A stretch of 64,000 bases of DNA from Gemmatimonadota bacterium (GCA_963170075.1 CAUJFW010000239.1:11741-75740); one strand, 5' to 3'. Shown: positions 54,078 to 64,000, counted from the first letter of the stretch. Translations and numbers: made by a program. Notes: generated by a model not told the origin, from the sequence alone.

Positions 54078-57000
54078 CTACCGGAACATGAACGGGCTGA
54101 TGTCACCGGCGCTCGACGACTTGAGGAACTTGAGGACGCGCGTGTCGAGGAAGTTGGTGATCTGCGACGGCAGTTTCCGGCGCTGGGAAGCCGTCAGCAG
54201 CTTCTTCACATCGGGTACGATGCGGATCAGGTACTCCACCGTGACTTCACGCGCGTGCACGTAGCGGTCGTAGGCCTCGTCCCGGCTGTAGTGATCCGGC
54301 ACGGTCTCGAGATACTTGGACACCGGCGTCCACACCGAGTCGGCATACTGCGTGAACTTGCGGCTCAACGACGCCAGGCTGTCGGCCTGCTTGCGATTGA
54401 GTTTGAGCGAGTCCTGCTGCGTGAGGATCAACGCCATCGGATTGGGAATCGAGCTCGAGCCCAAGGCCTTGAGATTTGGCGCCGTTTGTTTGGTGCCGGG
54501 GCGACCGCGGCCCATGTCCAGGCGTTGCGTAAGGACCTGCCGCTCGCGCGGAGCACCGACATCGAGGCTGAAGGACAAACTCGCGTAGGCCGGTGTCCGG
54601 CTCACCGACTGCTGCGGGCGTGTCGAGCCAAATCGCTGATTCACTTCGTACTTGTAGCGTGAGGTGCTGGCGTCGAATCCACGCACGAACAACAGGCTCT
54701 GATCGGGAGCAATTTCCTGCCCCCATCCCTTGGCGTTCTTGGTGCCGTTCACCAACAGGTCGGCGATGCCCAATGGGTTGGTGAACGCCAGGTTGATCGT
54801 CAGCCGCTTGGGAAGTCCCAGCTTCTGTGGATTGAAGTTGACGTTGAGATTCGTCGTCGAGACCCACGGCGCCTGACAGCTGCCGCGCCCGGCCAGCGCA
54901 TTGAGCTGCGCCGCCAGACACTTCCGCGCCGCCGGCGCGCCGTTGTCGAGCAGTTCCTGCATGCTGGCACGGACGGTCGGATCGGTGAGCGTCGCGGGGT
55001 CGAACACAAACGCACGATCATTGAGAAACGCGCCGTCACCGTTGATGTCGCCGGCCACGAGCGGCGTGAAGCGCTGACCCGACTTCACGCCCACGGCCAC
55101 GTTGAAGTACATGAGATCCCAGAGCGGCAAGCTGCTCCAGATGAGCTGGAACTGATGGCGGCCACTCGCCAGGTGCGGTCCCCACTCCTTGGCAAACGGA
55201 TCGCCCACCGTGCTGCTGAAGCCGTTGAACTGATCCCGAACATCCAGCAGTGAATACGTCAGCTGCCACTTGAGATACTTGTTGGCCGTCACCGGCACGA
55301 GCTTGAACACGAAGTTCGTGGAGGTCGAACGGAGGTCGGACGTTTGCAGCGACAATCGCTGATACTTGTCGCTGCGGCGTGTCGCCACCGACGCCACGTT
55401 GCCAGTTGTCGGGACAATCGCCGTGGCCGGCGCGTACACGGGTCGACCGCCCTCGTTGTCGATCGTGAAACGTGTGGTCGGATCAAAGTTCAGATCAACC
55501 GATCCCGTCTGGTTGAGATTGAGCGAGTAGACACCCTGCGCGCCAAGGACAAAACGATTGTCCAGAATCGGACTCGACCAGTCCACGGCGCTGCGCACCG
55601 ACTTGGGCTGCCGATAGTTGCGATCGAACGCCACCACACTCGGCGCGCCCGTCGAGAACACCGTGCCCGACGTACCGTCGGCGCACGTGGTCGGCAACGT
55701 CCCAAGGTCGCGGTTATAGCTGTCCCAGTCGGGAATCGGCGCGCCACTGCCCACGCACGCGAGTGAACGTGTTGAATTGGGGAGACCAGTGTTGACCACC
55801 GAACTGTTGATCAGCGTCGCGGGCCCGACGTTCTGGAAAATCCCGATGCCGGCATGAATCACCGCGAGCGGCGGACGCGCTGCACCGGGCGCGAAGGCTA
55901 CCTGCGGCGAGTTGCCATACGTCCACTGCATGCCGACGCGCGGACTGAAGTACACGGCGTTCGGCACGTAGTCGTTGTCGACGCCGAACAGCGAGCGGAT
56001 CTCCGGATTGTTCTGCGGCCGATAGAGAAAGCGATTCGCATCGGCCCGCACGCCGTATTGCACTTGCAACCGTGCCGTCGGACGCCATGCGTCACCCAGT
56101 GAGATGCCGCCGGAGAGCTGATCCGTGGCGCCAGTGATACCATTGAGCGTTCGCGTATAACTCGCCGGACGTCCGGCTTCGAGATCGGCCAGTGAGTTGA
56201 ACGAATACGAGCCCAGCAGATTCGAGTTCGCCTCGTTCGTATTGTGCTCGCGTGACAGATTCGACGTCAGCTTGATGGCGTGTTTGTTGTTGCCGCTGTA
56301 CCAGGAAAGCGTATTGCTCAACTGCAGCGCTTGCGTGAGTTGTGAAAACGGCGTCTGGCTGCCACCAAAGGACAACGAGCGGATCGACGAGCTGCCGTCC
56401 TCCAGGGTGGAGTTCACCCGCACGGTGCCCGACGGATACTGCAGAAACGGCGTGCTCTCCACGCGCTGCGCCGAGACGCCGAGATTGGTCTGCGAGAGAA
56501 TGCCGAACCAGAAGTAGTTCGAATGCCGGAGCGATGCGCTGCCCAGCATGATCTCGTTGTTGTTCGTACGCGATGGCACTGTGGTGAGCAGACTGCCGCT
56601 GCCAAAGCCGCCCAGCGTCGGGCGCGTCTTGCTGTAGAAGCCGTTGGTGCCGAGCGTGAACGAATGACCCGCGCCCGACGAACTCGGAGTCAGGTCGATG
56701 TTCGTTTGCAGGCTGAGCTGGTCCGTGGCATTGAGCGAGGGTGTCTTCGCGACTGACACCGGGACTTTCTGCTGGCCCAGGATGTCGAGCAGACGTGTCA
56801 CCGAATCGCTGGCCACGCCGGCTGCCGCCAGACCGACCGGGCTGGCATTGAGCAGCGTCAGGGCGTCGGCAAACCGACGCTGGTACGAATACGCCGCGTT
56901 GTAGAACGCCTTGTCCATGGCGATCGGACCGCGCGCCCCGCCGCCGTAGCGCAGCGTCGTCGATTTCTGTCCGGACGAATCGGCTTCGGCGTCGGTCCAC

Positions 57001-57788
57001 TGCAACTCGGGCGCGGTGCCGTACGCACTTTGGTTGCGGAAGGAAAAATTCGAACCGGGAATGGACTGGATCGACACCTGCGCACCGCTGAAGCCACCGC
57101 GCGACACATCCCACGGAAACTGATTGAACGAAAGCCGCACCTGCGCATCGGGCGGCAGCGTGTTCAAACCGGAGCCCAGTCCGTTGAAGTTCGTGTTGTT
57201 CTGGTCGCCGGAGAGACCGAGTGCCGAGAACATGTCCGACGCACCATCCATACCTGGAATGAGCTGAATGCCCGGAATGCTCGCGGCCATCGCGGAAAGA
57301 TTGCCAGCCTGATCGGGCGGCACGGCGGCTCCAGTGGTCAATGCGCGCTCGCCACCACCGACGTCCGTGTTGCCGGCGTTTCGATTGGGCAGGGCACGCG
57401 CGCCGTTGGCCGTGACATTGACCTGATCGAGCGTGGCGATGGACGACGCCATGCGCGTGTCGGCCAGCATCACTTCTTCTTCGCCAACCTTCTTGATCTC
57501 GAAGCGCTTGGGGACATAGCCCAGCGCCGCAAACTCCAGCCAGTAGTCACCTTCGCCGTTGACGAAGATGATGGTGAAGCGACCGTTGCGATCCGTGCGC
57601 GCCGACTTGGTGACACTTCCACTGTACGAAGTCGCCTTCACCTGGACGTTCTGGATCGGCTGACTGTCAGGGCCGGTCACCCGACCGCGAATGATGTCCG
57701 AGCCAGACTGGGCGAGGGTCGGACTCGACCAGCAGACCAGCGCGATGAGAAAGGTCCACCACAACGGCAGAATACGACGAGGCGTCAC
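54078..57788 (-). CDS. Oar-like TonB-dependent receptor with N-terminal carboxypeptidase-regulatory domain and C-terminal extension
   Basis: Signal peptide, IRGRVTG...TDRNGRF domain, plug-like segment (DVSRGGFSG), FSPRVG and YRQPK barrel motifs, GDINGDG motif. Confidence 0.82.
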   Translation of the reverse strand: MTPRRILPLWWTFLIALVCWSSPTLAQSGSDIIRGRVTGPDSQPIQNVQVKATSYSGSVTKSARTDRNGRFTIIFVNGEGDYWLEFAALGYVPKRFEIKKVGEEEVMLADTRMASSIATLDQVNVTANGARALPNRNAGNTDVGGGERALTTGAAVPPDQAGNLSAMAASIPGIQLIPGMDGASDMFSALGLSGDQNNTNFNGLGSGLNTLPPDAQVRLSFNQFPWDVSRGGFSGAQVSIQSIPGSNFSFRNQSAYGTAPELQWTDAEADSSGQKSTTLRYGGGARGPIAMDKAFYNAAYSYQRRFADALTLLNASPVGLAAAGVASDSVTRLLDILGQQKVPVSVAKTPSLNATDQLSLQTNIDLTPSSSGAGHSFTLGTNGFYSKTRPTLGGFGSGSLLTTVPSRTNNNEIMLGSASLRHSNYFWFGILSQTNLGVSAQRVESTPFLQYPSGTVRVNSTLEDGSSSIRSLSFGGSQTPFSQLTQALQLSNTLSWYSGNNKHAIKLTSNLSREHNTNEANSNLLGSYSFNSLADLEAGRPASYTRTLNGITGATDQLSGGISLGDAWRPTARLQVQYGVRADANRFLYRPQNNPEIRSLFGVDNDYVPNAVYFSPRVGMQWTYGNSPQVAFAPGAARPPLAVIHAGIGIFQNVGPATLINSSVVNTGLPNSTRSLACVGSGAPIPDWDSYNRDLGTLPTTCADGTSGTVFSTGAPSVVAFDRNYRQPKSVRSAVDWSSPILDNRFVLGAQGVYSLNLNQTGSVDLNFDPTTRFTIDNEGGRPVYAPATAIVPTTGNVASVATRRSDKYQRLSLQTSDLRSTSTNFVFKLVPVTANKYLKWQLTYSLLDVRDQFNGFSSTVGDPFAKEWGPHLASGRHQFQLIWSSLPLWDLMYFNVAVGVKSGQRFTPLVAGDINGDGAFLNDRAFVFDPATLTDPTVRASMQELLDNGAPAARKCLAAQLNALAGRGSCQAPWVSTTNLNVNFNPQKLGLPKRLTINLAFTNPLGIADLLVNGTKNAKGWGQEIAPDQSLLFVRGFDASTSRYKYEVNQRFGSTRPQQSVSRTPAYASLSFSLDVGAPRERQVLTQRLDMGRGRPGTKQTAPNLKALGSSSIPNPMALILTQQDSLKLNRKQADSLASLSRKFTQYADSVWTPVSKYLETVPDHYSRDEAYDRYVHAREVTVEYLIRIVPDVKKLLTASQRRKLPSQITNFLDTRVLKFLKSSSAGDISPFMFR

Positions 57789-57989
57789 AACGGCTCCAAG
57801 AGGCGATGGGTCATGCTGGCTGCGTGGAGGTTAGTACGTGACGGGGGCCACAATGGTTGCTTTCTGCCTCACACGTGGCGAATTGACTCGTGCCACCCTT
57901 GTGGAGACGCCGCCCGGGTGGAGAAGATCACGGGCATCACCGTCCCGCTTTTCCACGTCCCGCCCCTTTCCACTCCCACTCCCCCCGCC

Positions 57990-58580
57990 GTGACCGACCT
58001 CTGGATGGAGCCCTCGCCCGACCTCTGGCAGCAGGCGCTTGCTCGCTACGAGCGGGTCATCGAGCGCCAGGATGTGGCCAAACTTCCCGCGCTCGATCGC
58101 TGGTATCGCGATGAGCTTCCGGGCGCGATCGCGTCGCGCGCGACGCCACACGTCACTCACGACGAATTGGTCCGGTTGACCGAGTGGAAGATGGCGCGTG
58201 GTGTGTGGCGGGCGCCCAATTTGGTTCTGGTGCGCGGCAACGCGCCCGAGTTGGTGCGCGAGGTGAGTGCGTCGGCACTTGCGCTGATTCCCCATCCCAC
58301 CAAACCCGTCGCCACGCTGGCGACGCTGGCCGGTATTGGTCCCGCCACCGCGTCAGCCGTGACGGCTGCGCACAAACCCGGCCTGTATCCGTTCTTCGAC
58401 GAACTGGTGGCCGCGCAAATCCCGACACTCGGCAAGGTGGCGTGGACGCTGGGTTACTATGGCAAATACGCGGCGGCGCTACGCGAGCGTGCCGCTGAAC
58501 TGGGTGCGGAATGGACCCCGGTCATGCTGGAGCGCGCGCTGTGGGCGCATGTCGGCGGGAAGACCGGCGCGGTGGACTGA
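57990..58580 (+). CDS. HhH-motif protein resembling the Amun-like putative DNA glycosylase family
   Basis: LDRWYRDELP, ELVRLTEWKMARG, LAGIGPATASAV (HhH) and ERALW. Start 57990 or 58005. Confidence 0.7.
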   Translation: MTDLWMEPSPDLWQQALARYERVIERQDVAKLPALDRWYRDELPGAIASRATPHVTHDELVRLTEWKMARGVWRAPNLVLVRGNAPELVREVSASALALIPHPTKPVATLATLAGIGPATASAVTAAHKPGLYPFFDELVAAQIPTLGKVAWTLGYYGKYAAALRERAAELGAEWTPVMLERALWAHVGGKTGAVD

Positions 58581-58610
58581 GTCCACCGCCCCGTAATGGC
58601 CAGGTTCACA

Positions 58611-59003
58611 TCACACCGATTGCTCACCCCGCGGCGGACCGCCCTCCAGCAGCATGGCCTGGTACTCGTCGTCGCTGAAAAGACGGGAGCGCGTGAGAAA
58701 ACGCATGCCCTCGGGTGTTTCGAGTGAGAATCCGCCGCCGCGGCCCGGCACGACGTCGATCGTGAGATGCGTGTGCTGCCAGTATTCGAATTGCTGCGCG
58801 CCGATGTAGAACGGCACATCGGCGATCGTACCCAGATACACATCCCGCGCACCGATGCGGAATTCGGCGCGCGGGTAACACATCGGGGAGCTGCCATCGC
58901 AGCAGCCCCCCGACTGATGAAATACCAACGCGCCATGCCGCGCCTGCAGCGTGCGCAGCAGTGCCGCCGCGTCGGGCGTGACGTCCACGCGTGCAATCGG
59001 CAT
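58611..59003 (-). CDS. DUF779 domain protein
   Basis: FHQSGGCCDGSSPMCYP and GRGGGFSLE motifs; usual neighbour of ethanol/acetaldehyde ALDH. Confidence 0.93.
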   Translation of the reverse strand: MPIARVDVTPDAAALLRTLQARHGALVFHQSGGCCDGSSPMCYPRAEFRIGARDVYLGTIADVPFYIGAQQFEYWQHTHLTIDVVPGRGGGFSLETPEGMRFLTRSRLFSDDEYQAMLLEGGPPRGEQSV

Positions 59004-59046
59004 TGTTACCGCCGTCCCGAAGTGGTGCTCGACATGCGGCTCGTGC

Positions 59047-60603
59047 TCAGAAGAAGCCGAGCGCGTTCGGGCTGTAGCTGACCAGCAGATTCTTGGTCTG
59101 CTGATAGTGACTCAGCATCATCTTGTGATTTTCACGACCGATGCCACTCTGCTTGTAGCCACCAAACGCCGCGTGCGCCGGATAGAGGTGATAGCAGTTG
59201 GTCCAGACGCGGCCGGCCTGAATACCACGCCCCATGCGATAGCAGGTGTTGGCGTCGCGTGACCAGACACCGGCGCCAAGCCCGTAGAGCGTATCGTTGG
59301 CGAGTTGCAACGCATGATCGGCGTCTTTGAACTTCGTCACCGACACCACCGGCCCGAAGATCTCTTCCTGGAAGATGCGCATCTTGTTGTGCCCCTCGAA
59401 GATCGTCGGCTGGACATAGTATCCGCCGGCCAACTCCCCTTCATGCACGGCACGTCCGCCGCCGGTACGCACGGTGGCGCCTTCCTGACGACCGATATCG
59501 AGATAGCTCAGGATCTTCTCCAACTGATCGTTCGACGCCTGGGCGCCCATCATCGTCGAAGGATCGAGCGGATGACCAAGCTTGATCTTCTTCACCCGCT
59601 CGGTCGCCCGTTCCATGAACGCATCGTAGATCGATTCCTGCACCAGCGCGCGCGAAGGACACGTGCACACCTCGCCTTGGTTGAGCGCGAACAGCGTGAA
59701 CCCTTCGAGCGCCTTGTCGAAAAACGCGTCGTCAGCCTCCATGACATCGGCGAAAAACACGTTCGGCGATTTGCCGCCCAGCTCGAGCGTCACGGGCAGC
59801 AGATTCTCCGACGCGTACTGCATGATGAGGCGGCCCGTGGTGGTCTCACCCGTAAACGCCACCTTTGCGACACGCGGGCTCGAGGCAAGCGGTTTGCCGG
59901 CTTCGACACCAAACCCCTGCACCACATTCACGACACCCGGCGGCAGCAGATCGGCGATGAGTTCCATGAACGCCATGATCGAGACCGGCGTCTGTTCGGC
60001 GGGCTTGAGCACCACACAATTTCCAGCAGCAAGCGCGGGCGCGAGCTTCCACACCGCCATCAGCAGCGGGAAGTTCCAGGGAATGATCTGGGCGACCACG
60101 CCGAGCGGTTCGTAGAAGTGATAGGCCACCGTATCGGCATCGAGCTCACCGGCTGATCCTTCCTGCGCGCGCAACACGCCGGCGAAGTAGCGAAAGTGAT
60201 CGATGGCCAGCGGCAGATCCGCGTTGATCGTTTCGCGAATCGCCTTGCCATTGTCGATCGTTTCGATCACGGCGATCGATTCGAGATTCTCTTCCAGCCG
60301 GTCGGCAATCTTGTTCAGCATGATGGCGCGCGCGGTCGCCGTCGTTTTGCCCCACGCCGGCGCCGCGGCATGCGCGGCATCGAGCGCCAACTCCACATCT
60401 TCGTGCGTCGACCGTGCGACATCGCACAGATGCTGTCCCGTGACCGGCGTGGGATTGGAGAAGTACTGGCCACGGACGGGAGCGCGGAATTGCCCGCCGA
60501 TGAAGTTCTCGTAGCGGGACTTGATCGGAATGCCGATGGCGTACGAGCGGGCGGCTTCGGGAAGTGTGGCGCGGGCGGGAGTCGGCTCGATGGTCGCGGA
60601 CAT
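59047..60603 (-). CDS. NAD-dependent aldehyde dehydrogenase (AldB/ExaC type)
   Basis: [33 protein letters not shown] and EEIFGP motifs; GGAGG RBS. Confidence 0.96.
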   Translation of the reverse strand: MSATIEPTPARATLPEAARSYAIGIPIKSRYENFIGGQFRAPVRGQYFSNPTPVTGQHLCDVARSTHEDVELALDAAHAAAPAWGKTTATARAIMLNKIADRLEENLESIAVIETIDNGKAIRETINADLPLAIDHFRYFAGVLRAQEGSAGELDADTVAYHFYEPLGVVAQIIPWNFPLLMAVWKLAPALAAGNCVVLKPAEQTPVSIMAFMELIADLLPPGVVNVVQGFGVEAGKPLASSPRVAKVAFTGETTTGRLIMQYASENLLPVTLELGGKSPNVFFADVMEADDAFFDKALEGFTLFALNQGEVCTCPSRALVQESIYDAFMERATERVKKIKLGHPLDPSTMMGAQASNDQLEKILSYLDIGRQEGATVRTGGGRAVHEGELAGGYYVQPTIFEGHNKMRIFQEEIFGPVVSVTKFKDADHALQLANDTLYGLGAGVWSRDANTCYRMGRGIQAGRVWTNCYHLYPAHAAFGGYKQSGIGRENHKMMLSHYQQTKNLLVSYSPNALGFF

Positions 60604-60687
60604 GCGCGGTCCTCCTGAGGAGGTGAGAGGTGGGAGAGGACGCGTGTCGGAGATCACCATCGCCGTCACGCCGTCGCTGCGTGAGGA

Positions 60688-60703
60688 AGCAAGGTCCGGG
60701 CCT
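60688..60703 (-). promoter_or_regulatory. Sigma-54 (-24/-12) promoter of the ALDH-DUF779 operon
   Basis: Minus strand AGGCCCGGACCTTGCT, i.e. GG-N10-GC with a perfect TTGCT, about 85 bp upstream of the ALDH ATG. Confidence 0.7.
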
Positions 60704-60799
60704 TTTCGCACGCGCTCGTCCACCGGGTGCTAAGCCGCGACCACACAATCAGTTGCCGTGCGCCGAGGGTCGCCTATCGGTGGCTGCGGCCCAGGGTAC

Positions 60800-60849
60800 G
60801 CGACAGTCTGTCGCGCGACGATCTGTCGCATCGGGCGACACTCTGTCGC
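60800..60849. promoter_or_regulatory. Cluster of TGTCGC/GCGACA palindromes, candidate activator-binding sites
   Basis: GCGACAG-T-CTGTCGC (60800-60814), TGTCGC-N5-GCGACA (60824-60840), GCGACA-N3-TGTCGC (60835-60849). Confidence 0.65.
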
Positions 60850-61011
60850 GTCTGTCAGAAAAAGCACGCTTGCGTGCGCTACCGCGATGCGTCATGCTCT
60901 GAGTCCCACCCGCGTCGCCGCGCGCGACCATTTGCCACTCGACCGCCGTTTGACGTGTGCCGCGTTCCCCGCGCGAGACGCACTCCGCTTGCAGGCGCCA
61001 CGCCTCGAGGC

Positions 61012-63123
61012 ATGACACCGGACATGGAATCGATTCCGTACGATCGGTCGGCGCAGCGCACGGTGACGCGTGCATGGGATGCGCTGGTGGAAGGACGCAT
61101 GGCGCTCGCGCAATCGCGGCCACTGGTGCGCGACTCGTGGCAACGGTCGCTGCAGGCTGCGGTTCCTGCGGATCTTCCCAAGGCACCGCTGGTGCTGAGC
61201 GATGCCTCGCTGCGCATCGCGCAGGAGCGCGCCGATTGGGTGCCACTCGCGTTGCGCGCCGCGCAGAACCTGAGCGAGGCGTTCACCTGCGGCCACATCC
61301 TCAGTCTCTTCGATGCCGAAGGTCGCATGCTCTCATGCGATGGCGATCCCGCCGTGCTCGAGGGACTCGCCGCCATCAACTTCCGGCCGGGCGGACTTTG
61401 GTCCGAAGCGGCCGTGGGGACCAATGGACCCGGGACCGCACTGGCCACTGGCCGGCCAGTGCACATCGTTGGCGCCGAACACTACTGCGAAGCCTGGCAT
61501 GGATGGCACTGCGCGGCGGTGCCGGTCATCGACACGGTCACCAGCGCCGCACTCGGCGTGATTGATATCTCGGGCTTCAGTCGCAACGCACATCCGCACA
61601 CGTTGCAACTCGCGGTCGCCCTCGCCTCATCGGTGCGTGAGATGCTCACGGCGCGCGACATGGCGCATCGTGTGGCCGTGCTGACCCGGTTCGCACAGCT
61701 CAGCAGTCGCTACGCGCAGGACGCGCTCGTCGCGGTCGACCGCCACGGCCACGTCCTGCATGCCACCGACGCGGCGCCCGCCGGGTTGCGGCCCGGCACG
61801 GAGATGCCGCGGGCGCTGCGGAATGCGATCGCCGAGCATATCGAGTCGCTGCGCATTCACGGGCATGTCGGGGAGTCCACCGAGGTGTTCCTGGCTCTCG
61901 ATCACGATATCGGCGTCTCGGCCATGAGTTTCCCGGTCTTCGATCCGGACCACGTGGTCGGGACCTGTCTGTTGCTCCGCAGCGGTGCCGCCCTGCGCGA
62001 CGCATCGTCGTCGGCACGCATCGGATCCATGCGCCAGCAGTCGCCCGCGGACAGCGCACGTAGTACCCCACGCGATACACGAGCCAATCGCTACACCGAT
62101 GAACGCGGCGATGCGCGCAACGAGGTACGTAACGATGCACGTACCGATGATCGTGGTGATCGCCGCTACGCACTCCGCGACATCGTGGGCTCGTCGTCTC
62201 GCATGACCGAGGCAGTGCGACTCGCCAGCGCGGCGGCGGGCAATGCGTTGCCGGTGTTCATCTCCGGCGAATCGGGGACGGGCAAAGAAGTGTTTGCGCA
62301 GGCCATTCATGCCGCAAGCGCGCGCCGCAGCCGGCCATTTATTGCCGTCAACTGCGCGGCGCTCCCACGCGAGTTGATCGAGGCGGAACTGTTCGGGTAC
62401 GTCGGTGGCGCGTTCACGGGCGCGCGACGCGAAGGCAGCCCGGGCAAATTTCGCGCGGCCGACGGGGGCACGATCTTTCTCGACGAGATCAGCGAGATGC
62501 CGTACAGTGCGCAGGCCGCGTTGCTGCGCGTGCTGCAGGAACAGGAGATCTCGGCCGTGGGCAGCAGCGAGGTGCGTCCCATCAACGTGCGCGTCATCGC
62601 CGCGACGAATCGCGATGCGGTCGAAGCCGTTCGCACCGGGCAGTTGCGCCCCGATCTCTACTATCGGCTCAATGTGCTGACCATCGAGCTCCCCTCGCTC
62701 CGCGAACGGCGTACGGACATTCCGGCGCTCGCGGCTCATCTGCTGACACAGGCGGCCCGGGAACTCGGTCGCCCGTCGTTGTACTTTGCCGAGGGAGTGA
62801 CCGAGCAACTCGCGCAGTGGGACTGGCCAGGCAACGTGCGCGAACTCAAGAACTACGTGCGCCGCATCGCATCGTTGACAGCGGGGGACCTGGTGACACT
62901 GGAGACGGACGCGCCGCGGCCAGCGATGCACGACGCGTGGACGTCGGATGCGATCGACGCGCGCCCCGCCGACGACACCGAACGCACGCGCACGGTGGCC
63001 GCCATGCAGTCCGCCCGTTCGATGCAGGACGCCGCACACAAACTCGGGATCAATCGGAGTACGCTGTATCGACGTCTCGAGCGCTACGGACTCAAGGCCG
63101 AGCGCCTGCTGCGCACGCAGTAG
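61012..63123 (+). CDS. Sigma-54-dependent Fis-family activator with GAF domain (AcoR-like)
   Basis: [15 protein letters not shown] motif, [27 protein letters not shown] and the C-terminal [13 protein letters not shown]. Confidence 0.94.
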   Translation: MTPDMESIPYDRSAQRTVTRAWDALVEGRMALAQSRPLVRDSWQRSLQAAVPADLPKAPLVLSDASLRIAQERADWVPLALRAAQNLSEAFTCGHILSLFDAEGRMLSCDGDPAVLEGLAAINFRPGGLWSEAAVGTNGPGTALATGRPVHIVGAEHYCEAWHGWHCAAVPVIDTVTSAALGVIDISGFSRNAHPHTLQLAVALASSVREMLTARDMAHRVAVLTRFAQLSSRYAQDALVAVDRHGHVLHATDAAPAGLRPGTEMPRALRNAIAEHIESLRIHGHVGESTEVFLALDHDIGVSAMSFPVFDPDHVVGTCLLLRSGAALRDASSSARIGSMRQQSPADSARSTPRDTRANRYTDERGDARNEVRNDARTDDRGDRRYALRDIVGSSSRMTEAVRLASAAAGNALPVFISGESGTGKEVFAQAIHAASARRSRPFIAVNCAALPRELIEAELFGYVGGAFTGARREGSPGKFRAADGGTIFLDEISEMPYSAQAALLRVLQEQEISAVGSSEVRPINVRVIAATNRDAVEAVRTGQLRPDLYYRLNVLTIELPSLRERRTDIPALAAHLLTQAARELGRPSLYFAEGVTEQLAQWDWPGNVRELKNYVRRIASLTAGDLVTLETDAPRPAMHDAWTSDAIDARPADDTERTRTVAAMQSARSMQDAAHKLGINRSTLYRRLERYGLKAERLLRTQ

Positions 63124-63139
63124 CGCGCGAGGGCGTAGC

Positions 63140-64000
63140 CTAGGGCACGCGCACCGATACCAGATTCCACACGCGACTTTCTCCGAAGTGCATCGCAGCC
63201 ACACGCCCTTTCGCGTCTCGTGTGAACCAGACGTTCGCGGACGGTGACTCGAAGGCATCGCGATAGGTGGGGGTGAGAACAGAGACAATGCCGGCGCGTG
63301 GACTGACGGTGAGCGACCCATTCGCCACGGCCACGGTATACGTCACACCGATCTCGTCGCTCCGGTAGCGTCCGGCCAGCGCCGCCAACTCCGTCGCGGT
63401 GGGAATCCAGGTCGACTCCGCGACGCGCACGAACAGCACCGTGTCACCATCCGCCGTGGATCGGCGCATGGAGGTTTCCCTGCCGCTGGCAGTCACGTCA
63501 AATCGAATGCGTGTCGCGCCGAGTGCAAACAGGCCGCTGCGCAACGGAATCAGCGCGGCGCCGCCCCACGTCAGTCGGCCCTGTGCGGTATCCAGCATCA
63601 CCGTCGTATTCGTGCGTGTATCGCGGTAGATCCCGCGCCAGCGCGCGAGCGAGCTGGCGTCGACCGTCGCCGAGTCCAGCGGGGTTGCGCGCGGCAGTCC
63701 AGGCACGAGTGCGTCCACCAGCGCGCGCGTGTACGCCGTCGCGTTGGCACCGGCCGCATTGCACATCACCGCGATCGACAGGTTGTCCTGCTCCGGATAC
63801 CGCGCGAGGAACGTGCTGTACCCGGCCGTCGACCCCGAATGCGAGATCTCGCGAAGACCGCGGTACCGCGTCACGGTCACGCCCATGGCGTACTGGATCT
63901 CGAGTCCGCTGGTGAGTTTCATCTGCCGCGTGATCGAGTCACCCATGGCCGCGCCGAGCGACTTCTTCGTGAGTGCGTCGTTCCAGATCAACCAGTCGCC
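63140..64000 (-). CDS. Serine hydrolase (beta-lactamase family), C-terminal part
   Basis: YAMG...ISHSGSTAGYSTFLARYP and IAVMCN, followed by two small C-terminal domains; the N-terminus lies outside the window. Confidence 0.82.
   Translation of the reverse strand, partial: GDWLIWNDALTKKSLGAAMGDSITRQMKLTSGLEIQYAMGVTVTRYRGLREISHSGSTAGYSTFLARYPEQDNLSIAVMCNAAGANATAYTRALVDALVPGLPRATPLDSATVDASSLARWRGIYRDTRTNTTVMLDTAQGRLTWGGAALIPLRSGLFALGATRIRFDVTASGRETSMRRSTADGDTVLFVRVAESTWIPTATELAALAGRYRSDEIGVTYTVAVANGSLTVSPRAGIVSVLTPTYRDAFESPSANVWFTRDAKGRVAAMHFGESRVWNLVSVRVP

Noticed and set aside
60729-60744. Second GG-N10-GC candidate on the minus strand (TGGTCGCGGCTTAGCA)
   Set aside because: Poorer match to TGGCACG-N4-TTGC than the 60688-60703 site; kept only as an alternative.
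61627-63321. 564-aa minus-strand ORF
   Set aside because: Antisense to the sigma-54 activator; no independent family signal.
1-64000. Prophage, integrase, transposase, rRNA or tRNA genes
   Set aside because: No recognisable motifs or structures were seen on either strand.

Overview
GC-rich bacterial chromosomal window. Gene content and protein styles suggest a Gemmatimonas-like (Gemmatimonadota) genome; this is an inference. From left to right: (i) 1-18481, a type II PKS-like aryl polyene (APE) cluster in two divergent arms. It has two ketosynthases plus a chain-length factor, two ACPs, KR, DH, an AMP-ligase/DH fusion, a MIO ammonia-lyase, acyl/glycosyl/methyltransferases, a thioesterase, LolA, MMPL, a halogenase-like flavoprotein and a polysaccharide deacetylase, and it runs off the left edge into an ABC ATPase. 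(ii) 18.9-23.8 kb, five small outer-membrane beta-barrel genes around a FAD oxidoreductase. (iii) ispG, an HD hydrolase with an fRMsr-like GAF protein, an orphan Wzc-like protein and a blue-copper lipoprotein. (iv) A complete his operon (hisG-D-C-H-A-B-F-N-IE) preceded by an apparently leaderless His-rich leader peptide with terminator and antiterminator; the leader is not in the supplied ORF track. (v) M28, M20 and M16 peptidases, a mutarotase, a Ser/Thr kinase remnant, a Tat oxidoreductase, DUF429, an alpha/beta hydrolase and a MurB with atypical active-site motifs. (vi) An Oar-like TonB-dependent receptor with a C-terminal LTXXQ-like tail, followed by two paralogous secreted proteins. (vii) A bacterial protein resembling the mostly eukaryotic Amun/HhH family. 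(viii) A sigma-54 aldehyde dehydrogenase/DUF779 unit with a visible -24/-12 promoter and palindromic upstream sites, then a partial serine hydrolase. I found no rRNA, tRNA, CRISPR array or intact mobile element. All family assignments come from motif recognition by eye; no searches were run.
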